Virus record (IMG/VR): IMGVR_UViG_3300008085_000094
Location: 1 to 29,147 of that record
Origin: a virus
Lineage: Duplodnaviria; Caudoviricetes
DNA length: 29,147 bases
Strand: one strand, 5' to 3'
Shown here: in pieces, positions 1 to 6,774 of the stretch
Position numbering within the stretch: position 1 is the first letter of the stretch
How the letters are laid out: each line of letters begins with the position of its first letter
Notes under the pieces: model-generated
Database searches by the model: none
What the model was told of the DNA's origin: nothing
Seen by the model: only the letters and a program-made list of their open reading frames with translations
Made by a program: the position numbers and the translations under genes

Positions 1-2
1 CA

Positions 3-1268
3 AGTGACCAAGGCAATATAACAATAATGCCTGTTGTATACGGTGATATTGGCATATTTGTATGGAGCAACGATGGTGAGTTGTCTGCTTTTACCAGCGG
101 CTACTTATCAACAGTATCAGCAAAGACACTTACAGTGGCTGATTTTGGTAGTAAAAAACACCTAACAATATCTTTAACAGGTTATCCAGCTGATGGAAGT
201 AGTGCAGTTAGAGATGAAATCACTATTATTAGGTTGGATCAGTCTACCGCTTCAGCTGGTGCAGATAAGAGCAGTGAGGTGTTTGGTATAGACAAGCTGG
301 CATGGCGATCCGAGGTAGGTGATGGGCAAATAACCTCAATATCTCCTGGAAAAATTTCAACAGGATCTCTTAGTACTGGTGTTGTGTACTCCGGTAAGAT
401 ACTTTTAAACTCTACAGATTCGCCTGCTTCTGCTTTTACTTTCAACTCCGTAGTATGGGGGGTTCTTGAAAGTCATTTTGCATTTAAATCCGCAATTGCA
501 CCTGTAGGATTGGTGGTGCAAAGTACAAAATCAGGTGATGGCTCTGCAATATTTGGGCACTGTACCAGCACTTCCCAAACTGGTGCTGCGGTTTGCGGGT
601 CTAATGACTCAACAGGAGGTACAGCATATGGAGGCTATTTTCGTACGACCAAAGGTATAGGTGTATTCGGCGACACAGGCACGTCAGGCGGCTATGGTTT
701 TTATACAAATGATAAGATTTACGCGTATGGAAGTGTGCTGCCTTTTACTGGTACACATATAGCATATTCCCAAAATACACAACTGCTGCCTGGGCAGTTG
801 GTCTATTCTATTGATGCATGGTGTGTAGGCATAAACCAAACACTGGTACATACGGATATTGTTACGAAAGAAAAAGATGCAAGAGTATTTGGCGTTGTAT
901 CTGGTATTTCTAACGATATTCTTAGCATTCTCAGTCAAAATAAATTTATCGCCGAGAGATTAGAAAATAACAATGGTGAATGGACATTTAAACCGGAGTA
1001 CCAGCCCTATATAGATATACTCATAAATGGGGGTTACTTAGAAGTACACGTAAATGCTGTTGGTGAAGGAGGCATAACTGTTTGTAATGAAAATGGTGAT
1101 GTCATAAATGGAGACTATTTATGCTCTGCAAATCTTGCAGGTTATGCAAAGAAACAAGACGATGACCTACTTCACAATTACACAGTTGCTAAAGCGTTAG
1201 AGGATGTTATTTGGGCAAATGAGACAGAGACTATTAAAACAATAGCCTGTACGTATCACTGTGGGTAA
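3..1268 (+). CDS. Tail fibre/spike protein, 5'-truncated by the window, with C-terminal chaperone-like domain
   Basis: Frame is open from base 3. Gly/Ser/Thr-rich beta-repeat segment (AIFGHCT, AVCGSND, GVFGDTG), then FTGTH...VNAVGEGG...NGDYLCS...KQDDDLLHNYTVAK...CTYHCG, a C-terminus I recognise from viral fibre proteins. Confidence 0.7.
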   Translation, partial: SDQGNITIMPVVYGDIGIFVWSNDGELSAFTSGYLSTVSAKTLTVADFGSKKHLTISLTGYPADGSSAVRDEITIIRLDQSTASAGADKSSEVFGIDKLAWRSEVGDGQITSISPGKISTGSLSTGVVYSGKILLNSTDSPASAFTFNSVVWGVLESHFAFKSAIAPVGLVVQSTKSGDGSAIFGHCTSTSQTGAAVCGSNDSTGGTAYGGYFRTTKGIGVFGDTGTSGGYGFYTNDKIYAYGSVLPFTGTHIAYSQNTQLLPGQLVYSIDAWCVGINQTLVHTDIVTKEKDARVFGVVSGISNDILSILSQNKFIAERLENNNGEWTFKPEYQPYIDILINGGYLEVHVNAVGEGGITVCNENGDVINGDYLCSANLAGYAKKQDDDLLHNYTVAKALEDVIWANETETIKTIACTYHCG

Positions 1269-1695
1269 ACCAACAAACATTGATCCGGTAGATGATATTC
1301 ACTATCGTATAGACAGTGGTCCAAAACCTAAACCAGTACACATAATTATTCGTTACTCTGTAACGTTGACGGCACCATGACAATGGATAAAAACTATTAA
1401 GGAGATAGTATGTTCAAGATTTCACCAGCACTAGAGGCAGGTAAGGAACACTGTTGAGAAGGATATTACAGATAATTACGGAGATGTGTCCAAAGTAAAA
1501 AATACAGAAGTTGAAATACATAAACTTAAAATCGAGACAAAGGATTTACAGGAAGGAGACGAATGTTTAGAGAGCTATGACTCCTATGGGTTGCGCTACC
1601 ACGAATTTATTGGACTGATGATCAAGGCAATGCAAGAGATGAGTGCAAAAATAACAACTCTTGAGAATGAAATAAGATCACTTAAAGGTAAATGA
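1267..1695 (+). pseudogene. Degraded Peptidase_S74-like tail-fibre intramolecular chaperone
   Basis: ORF 1486-1695 ends YGLRYHEFIGLMIKAMQEMSAKITTLENEIRSLKG, the typical S74 C-terminal helix/coiled coil. The same frame upstream reads TNIDP..IHYRIDSGPKPKPVH, with stops at 1378 and 1432. Confidence 0.55.
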
Positions 1696-1955
1696 TGAAC
1701 CATTGTACACTATTTCCAGACCTATGGTACGGTGAATGCTGTGAAGGGCATGACGGCTTAGCAGAAGCAAGAGAAGTATCTTGGATAAAATCTAATGCAG
1801 AATTAGCATACTGTATTTGGGCTTCGAGCTACAGTCCAAGAGTAACTAACAGATGGTACAAGATTCTCTGGGGAAGATATATCGCCCCTCCAGCTGTATT
1901 TCTAGGAACATCAACAATAGGTTGGCTATGGCGATTTTATGCATTAAATAAATAA
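1692..1955 (+). CDS. Small phage protein with CC-x2-3-HD motif (phospholipase A2-like fold candidate)
   Basis: CTLFPDLWYGECCEGHD motif, hydrophobic C-terminus, ATGA overlap with upstream ORF. Confidence 0.55.
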   Translation: MMNHCTLFPDLWYGECCEGHDGLAEAREVSWIKSNAELAYCIWASSYSPRVTNRWYKILWGRYIAPPAVFLGTSTIGWLWRFYALNK

Positions 1956-1961
1956 TTAAAT

Positions 1962-1991
1962 AGAGGACACTTCTTAATTGAGGTGTCCTCT
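1962..1991 (+). terminator. Hairpin after the tail module
   Basis: AGAGGACACTTC-TTAATT-GAGGTGTCCTCT, 12-bp stem with one G-U; only a short U tail. Confidence 0.6.
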
Positions 1992-2006
1992 TAAAATGCA
2001 ATAAAT

Positions 2007-2143
2007 CGGCCCAAGGTGAGTCGCAGCCCGTCCCAAATGCGACCGTAAGCGGAACTCAGCTGCGTGGCGTGGCGGGTAGGCTCTGGCTCAACTTTGGGAA
2101 AACTCTCACTCGGGGTGCCAAGGCGAAAACTAGTCAAGAGCTT
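2007..2143. ncRNA. Candidate structured non-coding RNA or cis element
   Basis: About 63% GC by hand count over 2007-2120 in an AT-rich genome; several complementary segments including loop-to-downstream pairings. Confidence 0.35.
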
Positions 2144-2193
2144 AGGCAGAAAGTTATTTGTTCAGAAAAAGTCACATATACAAATAAGTACAC

Positions 2194-2224
2194 CCGTAGG
2201 ATACCAACCTGTTAAATTAACCCA
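2194..2224. promoter_or_regulatory. Bipartite repeated motif, copy 1 (CCGTAGGATACC / CTGTTAAATTAACCCA)
   Basis: The 16-mer is identical to 26854-26869 and the 12-mer differs by one base from 26825-26836; both copies are intergenic. Confidence 0.55.
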
Positions 2225-2246
2225 AAAATGTCCAGCCAAGTCAATT

Positions 2247-2269
2247 CAATAGAAGGATCTATAGGGAGA
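2247..2269 (+). promoter_or_regulatory. Candidate T7-like phage RNA polymerase promoter
   Basis: CAATAGAAGGATCTATAGGGAGA matches the T7 consensus at -16..-13 (AATA) and -5..+6 (CTATAGGGAGA); only one copy seen. Confidence 0.3.
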
Positions 2270-2320
2270 GACCCTAAGCTTGATTAACCCTATTAAGAGG
2301 GTTAGACATAAGTGGTAATA

Positions 2321-2400
2321 TCCCCATAAGAGATAATCCCCTCCATAATCCCTACCCTAAACTACAGTCCCATCAGTTCCCATTATTCCCTTAATCCCTA
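2321..2400. repeat. Array of eight short C-run (mostly TCCC) microrepeats
   Basis: CCC/CCCC runs start at 2322, 2338, 2350, 2355, 2369, 2379, 2388 and 2396. Confidence 0.7.
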
Positions 2401-2434
2401 TTATCAGTAGTTAAATCTTAAAAGAGACTAACCT

Positions 2435-2881
2435 ATGAATAACCTAATTCCAAATGAAGTAACTTTAGACTTAATAAAGAAGTATGAAGGATTATCATTA
2501 GTGCCCTATTTATGCCCAGCTGGTTATTGGACAGTCGGCTATGGCCATCGTTGTGATCGAAATCAAAGGAAGATCACCAAAAAAGAAGCTCTAGATTTCC
2601 TGATTGAAGACACCACTATTGCAATGGAAGCTGTATTAGAGTTGTGCCCCAACCTAATTGGTGATAACCGTATAGGCGCGATAACCAGTTTTGTGTTTAA
2701 TCTAGGAAGAGGTAATCTGGAAAGATCCACACTCAGGAAGCGTATCCTAGAAGAAGATTGGGATGATGTGCCTAATCAACTTAATAGGTGGGTATATGCT
2801 ACAGTGAATGGTAAGAAGCAGAAACTTACAGGTCTCGTCAGAAGAAGAGCTGAAGAAGGGAGACTATTTCAAATGAAATAA
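2435..2881 (+). CDS. Endolysin, GH24 phage lysozyme
   Basis: YEGLSLVPYLCPAGYWTVGYGH catalytic segment, SFVFNLG and C-terminal GLVRRRAEE. Confidence 0.95.
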   Translation: MNNLIPNEVTLDLIKKYEGLSLVPYLCPAGYWTVGYGHRCDRNQRKITKKEALDFLIEDTTIAMEAVLELCPNLIGDNRIGAITSFVFNLGRGNLERSTLRKRILEEDWDDVPNQLNRWVYATVNGKKQKLTGLVRRRAEEGRLFQMK

Positions 2882-2895
2882 GACGAGATTTCTAG

Positions 2896-2913
2896 AGTAT
2901 CTTATTTGAAGGT
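2896..2913 (+). promoter_or_regulatory. Repeated 18-nt motif, copy 1 (AGTATCTTATTTGAAGGT)
   Basis: 16/18 identical to 3141-3158; intergenic, followed by a small hairpin and an RBS. Confidence 0.4.
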
Positions 2914-2954
2914 ACCCATGAGGGTTAACCGCTAATTCAGATAGGAGATCTATT

Positions 2955-3164
2955 ATGGACAAGTATTTGGCCGCCAGACCTTGTTGTAAGCTAGCTCAAG
3001 TATGTAAAGTGTGTAGTAACTTAGAAGTAATCGCCCACCCTGTATTGAAGGATACCTATGATGGCTTCATGTTCGACAAGCAAGATTTCAGGCGTGGTGA
3101 GATTTGTGAGTTTTTCTGTGAAATAAAACGCGGAAAAAGAAGCATCTTATATGAAGGTCCATAA
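2955..3164 (+). CDS. Hypothetical Cys-rich protein
   Basis: AGGAGA RBS; six Cys in 69 aa. Confidence 0.65.
   Translation: MDKYLAARPCCKLAQVCKVCSNLEVIAHPVLKDTYDGFMFDKQDFRRGEICEFFCEIKRGKRSILYEGP
3141..3158 (+). promoter_or_regulatory. Repeated 18-nt motif, copy 2 (AGCATCTTATATGAAGGT)
   Basis: See copy 1; lies upstream of the small early-gene cluster. Confidence 0.4.
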
Positions 3165-3219
3165 AAGGACAATCCCTAATTACACAGGAAGGTGTAGTAA
3201 CTTAAGCAGGAGATTTGTT

Positions 3220-3375
3220 ATGAATAGGAAAATTGTTAGTGATGTAATTGTAGCGCAGTGGTTGATTGGTGTAGTAGCAGCTATTGGCTTGCTATTTGTG
3301 AATCCAGCTATTGCAGCCGGTGTTCTGGGTGTAAGCAGCGTAGTGCTAATGATTGGCGGTAAACTCGTAAAATAA
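3220..3375 (+). CDS. Small membrane protein (two hydrophobic segments)
   Basis: AGGAGA RBS before ATG 3220; almost entirely hydrophobic. Confidence 0.7.
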   Translation: MNRKIVSDVIVAQWLIGVVAAIGLLFVNPAIAAGVLGVSSVVLMIGGKLVK

Positions 3376-3378
3376 CAT

Positions 3379-3636
3379 ATGCCAGCCGGGTGGCTTGACC
3401 CGGCAAAATCAATACCGGGAATATTAAGAATGTTAAGAATTGTCAGGCTGTCATCAAGAAACTTTGGGAAATTTATTGAGGAAAATATAAACATTAAGAA
3501 TTACAGTAGCGTTATTGCAAAGGCCAGGATAACGTATAATGGGATGATGCCTGAAGTTAGAGTATTGGAGTATGAAGATGCTGATATTCCAAAGATCGCT
3601 AGCGTGTTTAGTGATACAAAACTGTATTTTATGTGA
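3379..3636 (+). CDS. Hypothetical protein (start may be 3430)
   Basis: ORF in the co-oriented early cluster. Confidence 0.55.
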   Translation: MPAGWLDPAKSIPGILRMLRIVRLSSRNFGKFIEENINIKNYSSVIAKARITYNGMMPEVRVLEYEDADIPKIASVFSDTKLYFM

Positions 3637-3681
3637 GCCAACTGAGAGGCAAATCTCAGTAATTTAAGAAGGAGATATATT

Positions 3682-3870
3682 ATGTTTAGTGAAATTATCG
3701 ACCGACTAAAGTGTATAACCTTGTGGTCCACAAAAGACCGCGAGACTTGTATGTACATTGGCCAGGAATCATCCAGGCGCAGACAATTTACTATATTCTC
3801 AATAATAGACGCGACCGTTGAGGATGGTGCGACAGTAGCTGCATATACCATACTTGAGATAGGAGGGTGA
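3682..3870 (+). CDS. Hypothetical protein
   Basis: Strong AAGGAGA RBS. Confidence 0.7.
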   Translation: MFSEIIDRLKCITLWSTKDRETCMYIGQESSRRRQFTIFSIIDATVEDGATVAAYTILEIGG

Positions 3871-3871
3871 T

Positions 3872-3976
3872 ATGTTAGAAAATATTATAGTAGTTGCGAG
3901 TATAGTTGTTGTGGTGAGTCTAGTAATTATAGGGTTATGTGGTTTTCTCTCACTAGCATTTGGAGGGATGATATGA
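3872..3976 (+). CDS. 34-aa single-pass membrane peptide (not in ORF track)
   Basis: AGGAGG RBS; MLENIIVVASIVVVVSLVIIGLCGFLSLAFGGMI; ATGA overlap with next gene. Confidence 0.65.
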   Translation: MLENIIVVASIVVVVSLVIIGLCGFLSLAFGGMI

Positions 3977-4209
3977 TTGAATTTAGTCCTCTTGGAAACC
4001 TAGAGACTACGGTAATCAGGTTCGCAGAAGCCAGTTACAAGCTGGATATGAATCCTTTATCACACCTCAGAAAAAGGTTTCCTTTCCTCAAATGGAAATA
4101 TGCTGAGAATGACTATCAGCATAATCCAAAAGACTCTAATTTGTTTGTGGTTGTTGTTAATCGAGATAAAAGTAGTGGTAGTATTAACCTATTATACCCG
4201 GACATGTGA
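3973..4209 (+). CDS. Hypothetical protein
   Basis: GGAGG RBS before ATG 3973. Confidence 0.65.
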   Translation: MIEFSPLGNLETTVIRFAEASYKLDMNPLSHLRKRFPFLKWKYAENDYQHNPKDSNLFVVVVNRDKSSGSINLLYPDM

Positions 4210-4322
4210 GGCGTCATAATGAGAGTATTGAGAGAGAGTACGTATGCAATGCACTGTGTTCTTGGAGAGAGTAATTGCCTAACCATAGAGGAAACTATGG
4301 TAATTTGAGAAGGAGAAGCATT

Positions 4323-4817
4323 ATGTGGAAAAATTTTAAAGAGGCATTTGAAGCCACAATCAGAGTGAGAATGTCCAACTTTTTTCCGTTCAAAGAAATA
4401 CTAGGCAGGCAAGTAGTACTATCTACAGACTTGGTTATGCTAGCAGGGATGCCTAAGAATAGTCCTGGAGCCTGTGTTATAAAGTTCAAGGATGGGGTAC
4501 CGAGGATTGTAGTGAATGAAAAATTCATGGAACTCCCTGTAATAATTCAAGATCCGATATTGGCACATGAAGAGGGTCATATCCAACTGTTCCATCTTGA
4601 GAAAAGTAAGTATGTTTTGATAGGTTACAAGATGGTGGCCTGTTTTAGTATAGTGCCTGAAATCGAATATGCTGCCGATTTATTTGCAGCAAAGAAATGT
4701 GGGTTCCGTCCGATAATAACCGCACTGAGGGAGCTCATATATCGGGTAGATAGCCGTTCAGCAAGAGCTCAATTAGTTAGAAGAGTAAAAAGATTGAGGG
4801 AGGCAGGCAATGAATAA
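4323..4817 (+). CDS. Zinc metallopeptidase-like protein (HExxH)
   Basis: ILAHEEGH plus downstream EYAAD third-ligand motif (M48-like); AAGGAG RBS before ATG 4323. Confidence 0.75.
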   Translation: MWKNFKEAFEATIRVRMSNFFPFKEILGRQVVLSTDLVMLAGMPKNSPGACVIKFKDGVPRIVVNEKFMELPVIIQDPILAHEEGHIQLFHLEKSKYVLIGYKMVACFSIVPEIEYAADLFAAKKCGFRPIITALRELIYRVDSRSARAQLVRRVKRLREAGNE

Positions 4818-5232
4818 TACAGAAAGATTGCTTATCAGGGCCTGTTTCGCAAATAGGCCCATCACCAGGTTACACTCTGTAGCTGAAAGATGCTATAAAA
4901 CAGACCTGACTGATAATGAAATATCTGAGATCCTATCAGAGATATGTGATAAGTATCTTAAAGCACCACCTGAGGTGATGAAAGAGATTAGACAGATAGC
5001 AGATATGTGGATCAAGAAAAGGTACCCTGTAATAGGCTACCTTGTAACGGTAATAACATTACACCACCACTGGTTACCATTAGGGCTTGTCCCAAAAAAG
5101 GTGACCAGATTGCAGTTAGAGGGACCGAGAAATCTGTGGCTAGTTAGGCATAAGCGGCTGGCTTCTAGCGTTCTCTCAAAGCTGAAAGGATTGGTAAGGA
5201 GGCCGTCATGGAAACGATCTTTGCGTTTATAG
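4810..5232 (+). CDS. Hypothetical basic protein
   Basis: GGAGG RBS; overlaps upstream stop. Confidence 0.7.
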   Translation: MNNTERLLIRACFANRPITRLHSVAERCYKTDLTDNEISEILSEICDKYLKAPPEVMKEIRQIADMWIKKRYPVIGYLVTVITLHHHWLPLGLVPKKVTRLQLEGPRNLWLVRHKRLASSVLSKLKGLVRRPSWKRSLRL

Positions 5233-5390
5233 GTGCCTTCGTTGTAAATATAATAATCATTATGTGCATAATTCGGGTAGTCTTTAGCTTACTGAGGATG
5301 CATCCGACTGACCTGTTAAGGGTTGGTTGCTATAACAAGAAGCGTCCTCTAAAAAGGAGGCGTCATGATAATACTAGTAGGAGCACTTAA
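5208..5390 (+). CDS. Small membrane protein
   Basis: AAGGAGG RBS; N-terminal hydrophobic helix and basic tail. Confidence 0.65.
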   Translation: METIFAFIGAFVVNIIIIMCIIRVVFSLLRMHPTDLLRVGCYNKKRPLKRRRHDNTSRST

Positions 5391-5499
5391 GGTATTTGTA
5401 GTTGCGTTTTGGATTGTAGTGTTGATCTACATGAGCACCTTAATACCTGAAGAATGGGAATTAAGGAAAGATGACTTTAGAAAGGAGAAAGAGAAATGA
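5365..5499 (+). CDS. 44-aa membrane peptide (not in ORF track)
   Basis: AAGGAGG RBS; MIILVGALKVFVVAFWIVVLIY plus charged tail. Confidence 0.65.
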   Translation: MIILVGALKVFVVAFWIVVLIYMSTLIPEEWELRKDDFRKEKEK

Positions 5500-5606
5500 C
5501 ATTAATTGATGCACTTATCATCGTACTTTGTATGTTCTTCTTTGCTGAAACATTCAAATCTACATTTGAGGCAATGATGTCTTGGAATTTACTTTCCATG
5601 AAATAA
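5496..5606 (+). CDS. 36-aa membrane peptide (not in ORF track)
   Basis: ATGA overlap; MTLIDALIIVLCMFFF...; ends just before the terminator. Confidence 0.55.
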   Translation: MTLIDALIIVLCMFFFAETFKSTFEAMMSWNLLSMK

Positions 5607-5615
5607 ACCTAGCTT

Positions 5616-5654
5616 GGCCCCTTCGGGGGCCTTCTTATTTCTTATTTTTTTTTT
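5616..5654 (+). terminator. Rho-independent terminator
   Basis: GGCCCC-TTCG-GGGGCC followed by a long T-rich tract. Confidence 0.9.
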
Positions 5655-5664
5655 CAGGAGAGAA

Positions 5665-6774
5665 ATGGATTACTCTATAATACTAAATCTAAGCAAGACA
5701 GGACATGGCTGTAGCAGAAAATGCAGCTACTGTAACTGGCGTAACAGTGAAGAGTTGCCACATGGTATTCAATCAAAAGAAGCGGTAAGTAATTTTGTAA
5801 AAGATTGTGATAAAGATTTAATAACTTTGTCTGGTGGCGGCGATCCTCTTTGGAACCTCGAAGAAAATATAACCGAGACGATGGCTCTTATTAATTTCAT
5901 TAAACATGATCTCGGTAAGAAGGTAAGAGTAATCACCAGAGAAGTCAAGAAGTTGCATATGTTGTCTCATCTTGTTGATTATTGGAGCATCTCTCTAGAC
6001 AATCAAGTAATGAAAGAGATTGGTAATCTTCCCAGCAATGTAGAGTATTCCATCGTATTGCCACCATTAGATACAACACGTTTAGTTAAGCACAAACCAT
6101 ACTATCTTAAGTTACTTAACAAGCTCAAGCAGCCTTTAGTGCTAAGAGAAAATCTTAACTCTTTTTTCCCTTTAAACTATGATGCATTGTCCTTCAGCGG
6201 TCCTATAAAGATACTAGGAAAAAGAGGCTGCCTAGAGAGTAGATATTTAGTAAATAATATAGTGACAGGCTATGATATCATGCCAGATAGGCGTCAGGTT
6301 ATATTGGACCTCATAGCTGATAAAGACCTTTATTTGTTTGGTGGATTTGTTAAGCACTACATATCAGGTGGTATGCAGAGTTATGATGATATAGATATCA
6401 TTGCAAGAGGTCCGGTAGAGGGGGATTTCCGAGTAACTGGGTGGAAGATGAAAGGAAAGACAATATATGAGCAGTTGGTGCACAATAAGGATTCTTCATT
6501 AAAGCTACATGTGATGTATGTGAATGAACTCACACATAAGGAGATTAAACACACAATACTTAATGCACAATTAGACGTCGATAGGGCCTTTATACACAAT
6601 AAGAGATTAATATGTGATAAAGACCTCACTCAGAAAATCATAAATAAGGAGGCTAGCTACTATGGTACAAATCTAAATGCACCGTTCTTCAATAAACAGA
6701 GTAGTTTCAATATTCATAAGAATAAACTAATTTTAAAAGGGTTCAGAATAAATGCCGATAATGTATGTAGATAA
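5665..6774 (+). CDS. Radical SAM domain fused to a Pol-beta-family (CCA/poly(A)-polymerase-like) nucleotidyltransferase
   Basis: CSRKCSYC (CxxxCxxC) and SGGGDPL in the N-half; LYLFGGFVKHY...YDDIDII and LDVDRAF in the C-half; AGGAG RBS before ATG 5665. Confidence 0.8.
   Translation: MDYSIILNLSKTGHGCSRKCSYCNWRNSEELPHGIQSKEAVSNFVKDCDKDLITLSGGGDPLWNLEENITETMALINFIKHDLGKKVRVITREVKKLHMLSHLVDYWSISLDNQVMKEIGNLPSNVEYSIVLPPLDTTRLVKHKPYYLKLLNKLKQPLVLRENLNSFFPLNYDALSFSGPIKILGKRGCLESRYLVNNIVTGYDIMPDRRQVILDLIADKDLYLFGGFVKHYISGGMQSYDDIDIIARGPVEGDFRVTGWKMKGKTIYEQLVHNKDSSLKLHVMYVNELTHKEIKHTILNAQLDVDRAFIHNKRLICDKDLTQKIINKEASYYGTNLNAPFFNKQSSFNIHKNKLILKGFRINADNVCR

Noticed and set aside
2064-2252. 62-aa ORF in the track
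   Set aside because: GTG start without an RBS, atypical composition, and it overlaps the regulatory motifs.
5614-5664. N-terminal extension MAPSGAFLFLIFFFRRE of the radical SAM ORF
   Set aside because: It is the translated terminator hairpin and T tract; the RBS points to ATG 5665.
5665-6290. Calling the radical SAM domain a viperin, QueE or NrdG
   Set aside because: Only the generic CxxxCxxC and GGxP-type motifs are visible; subfamily cannot be assigned by eye.
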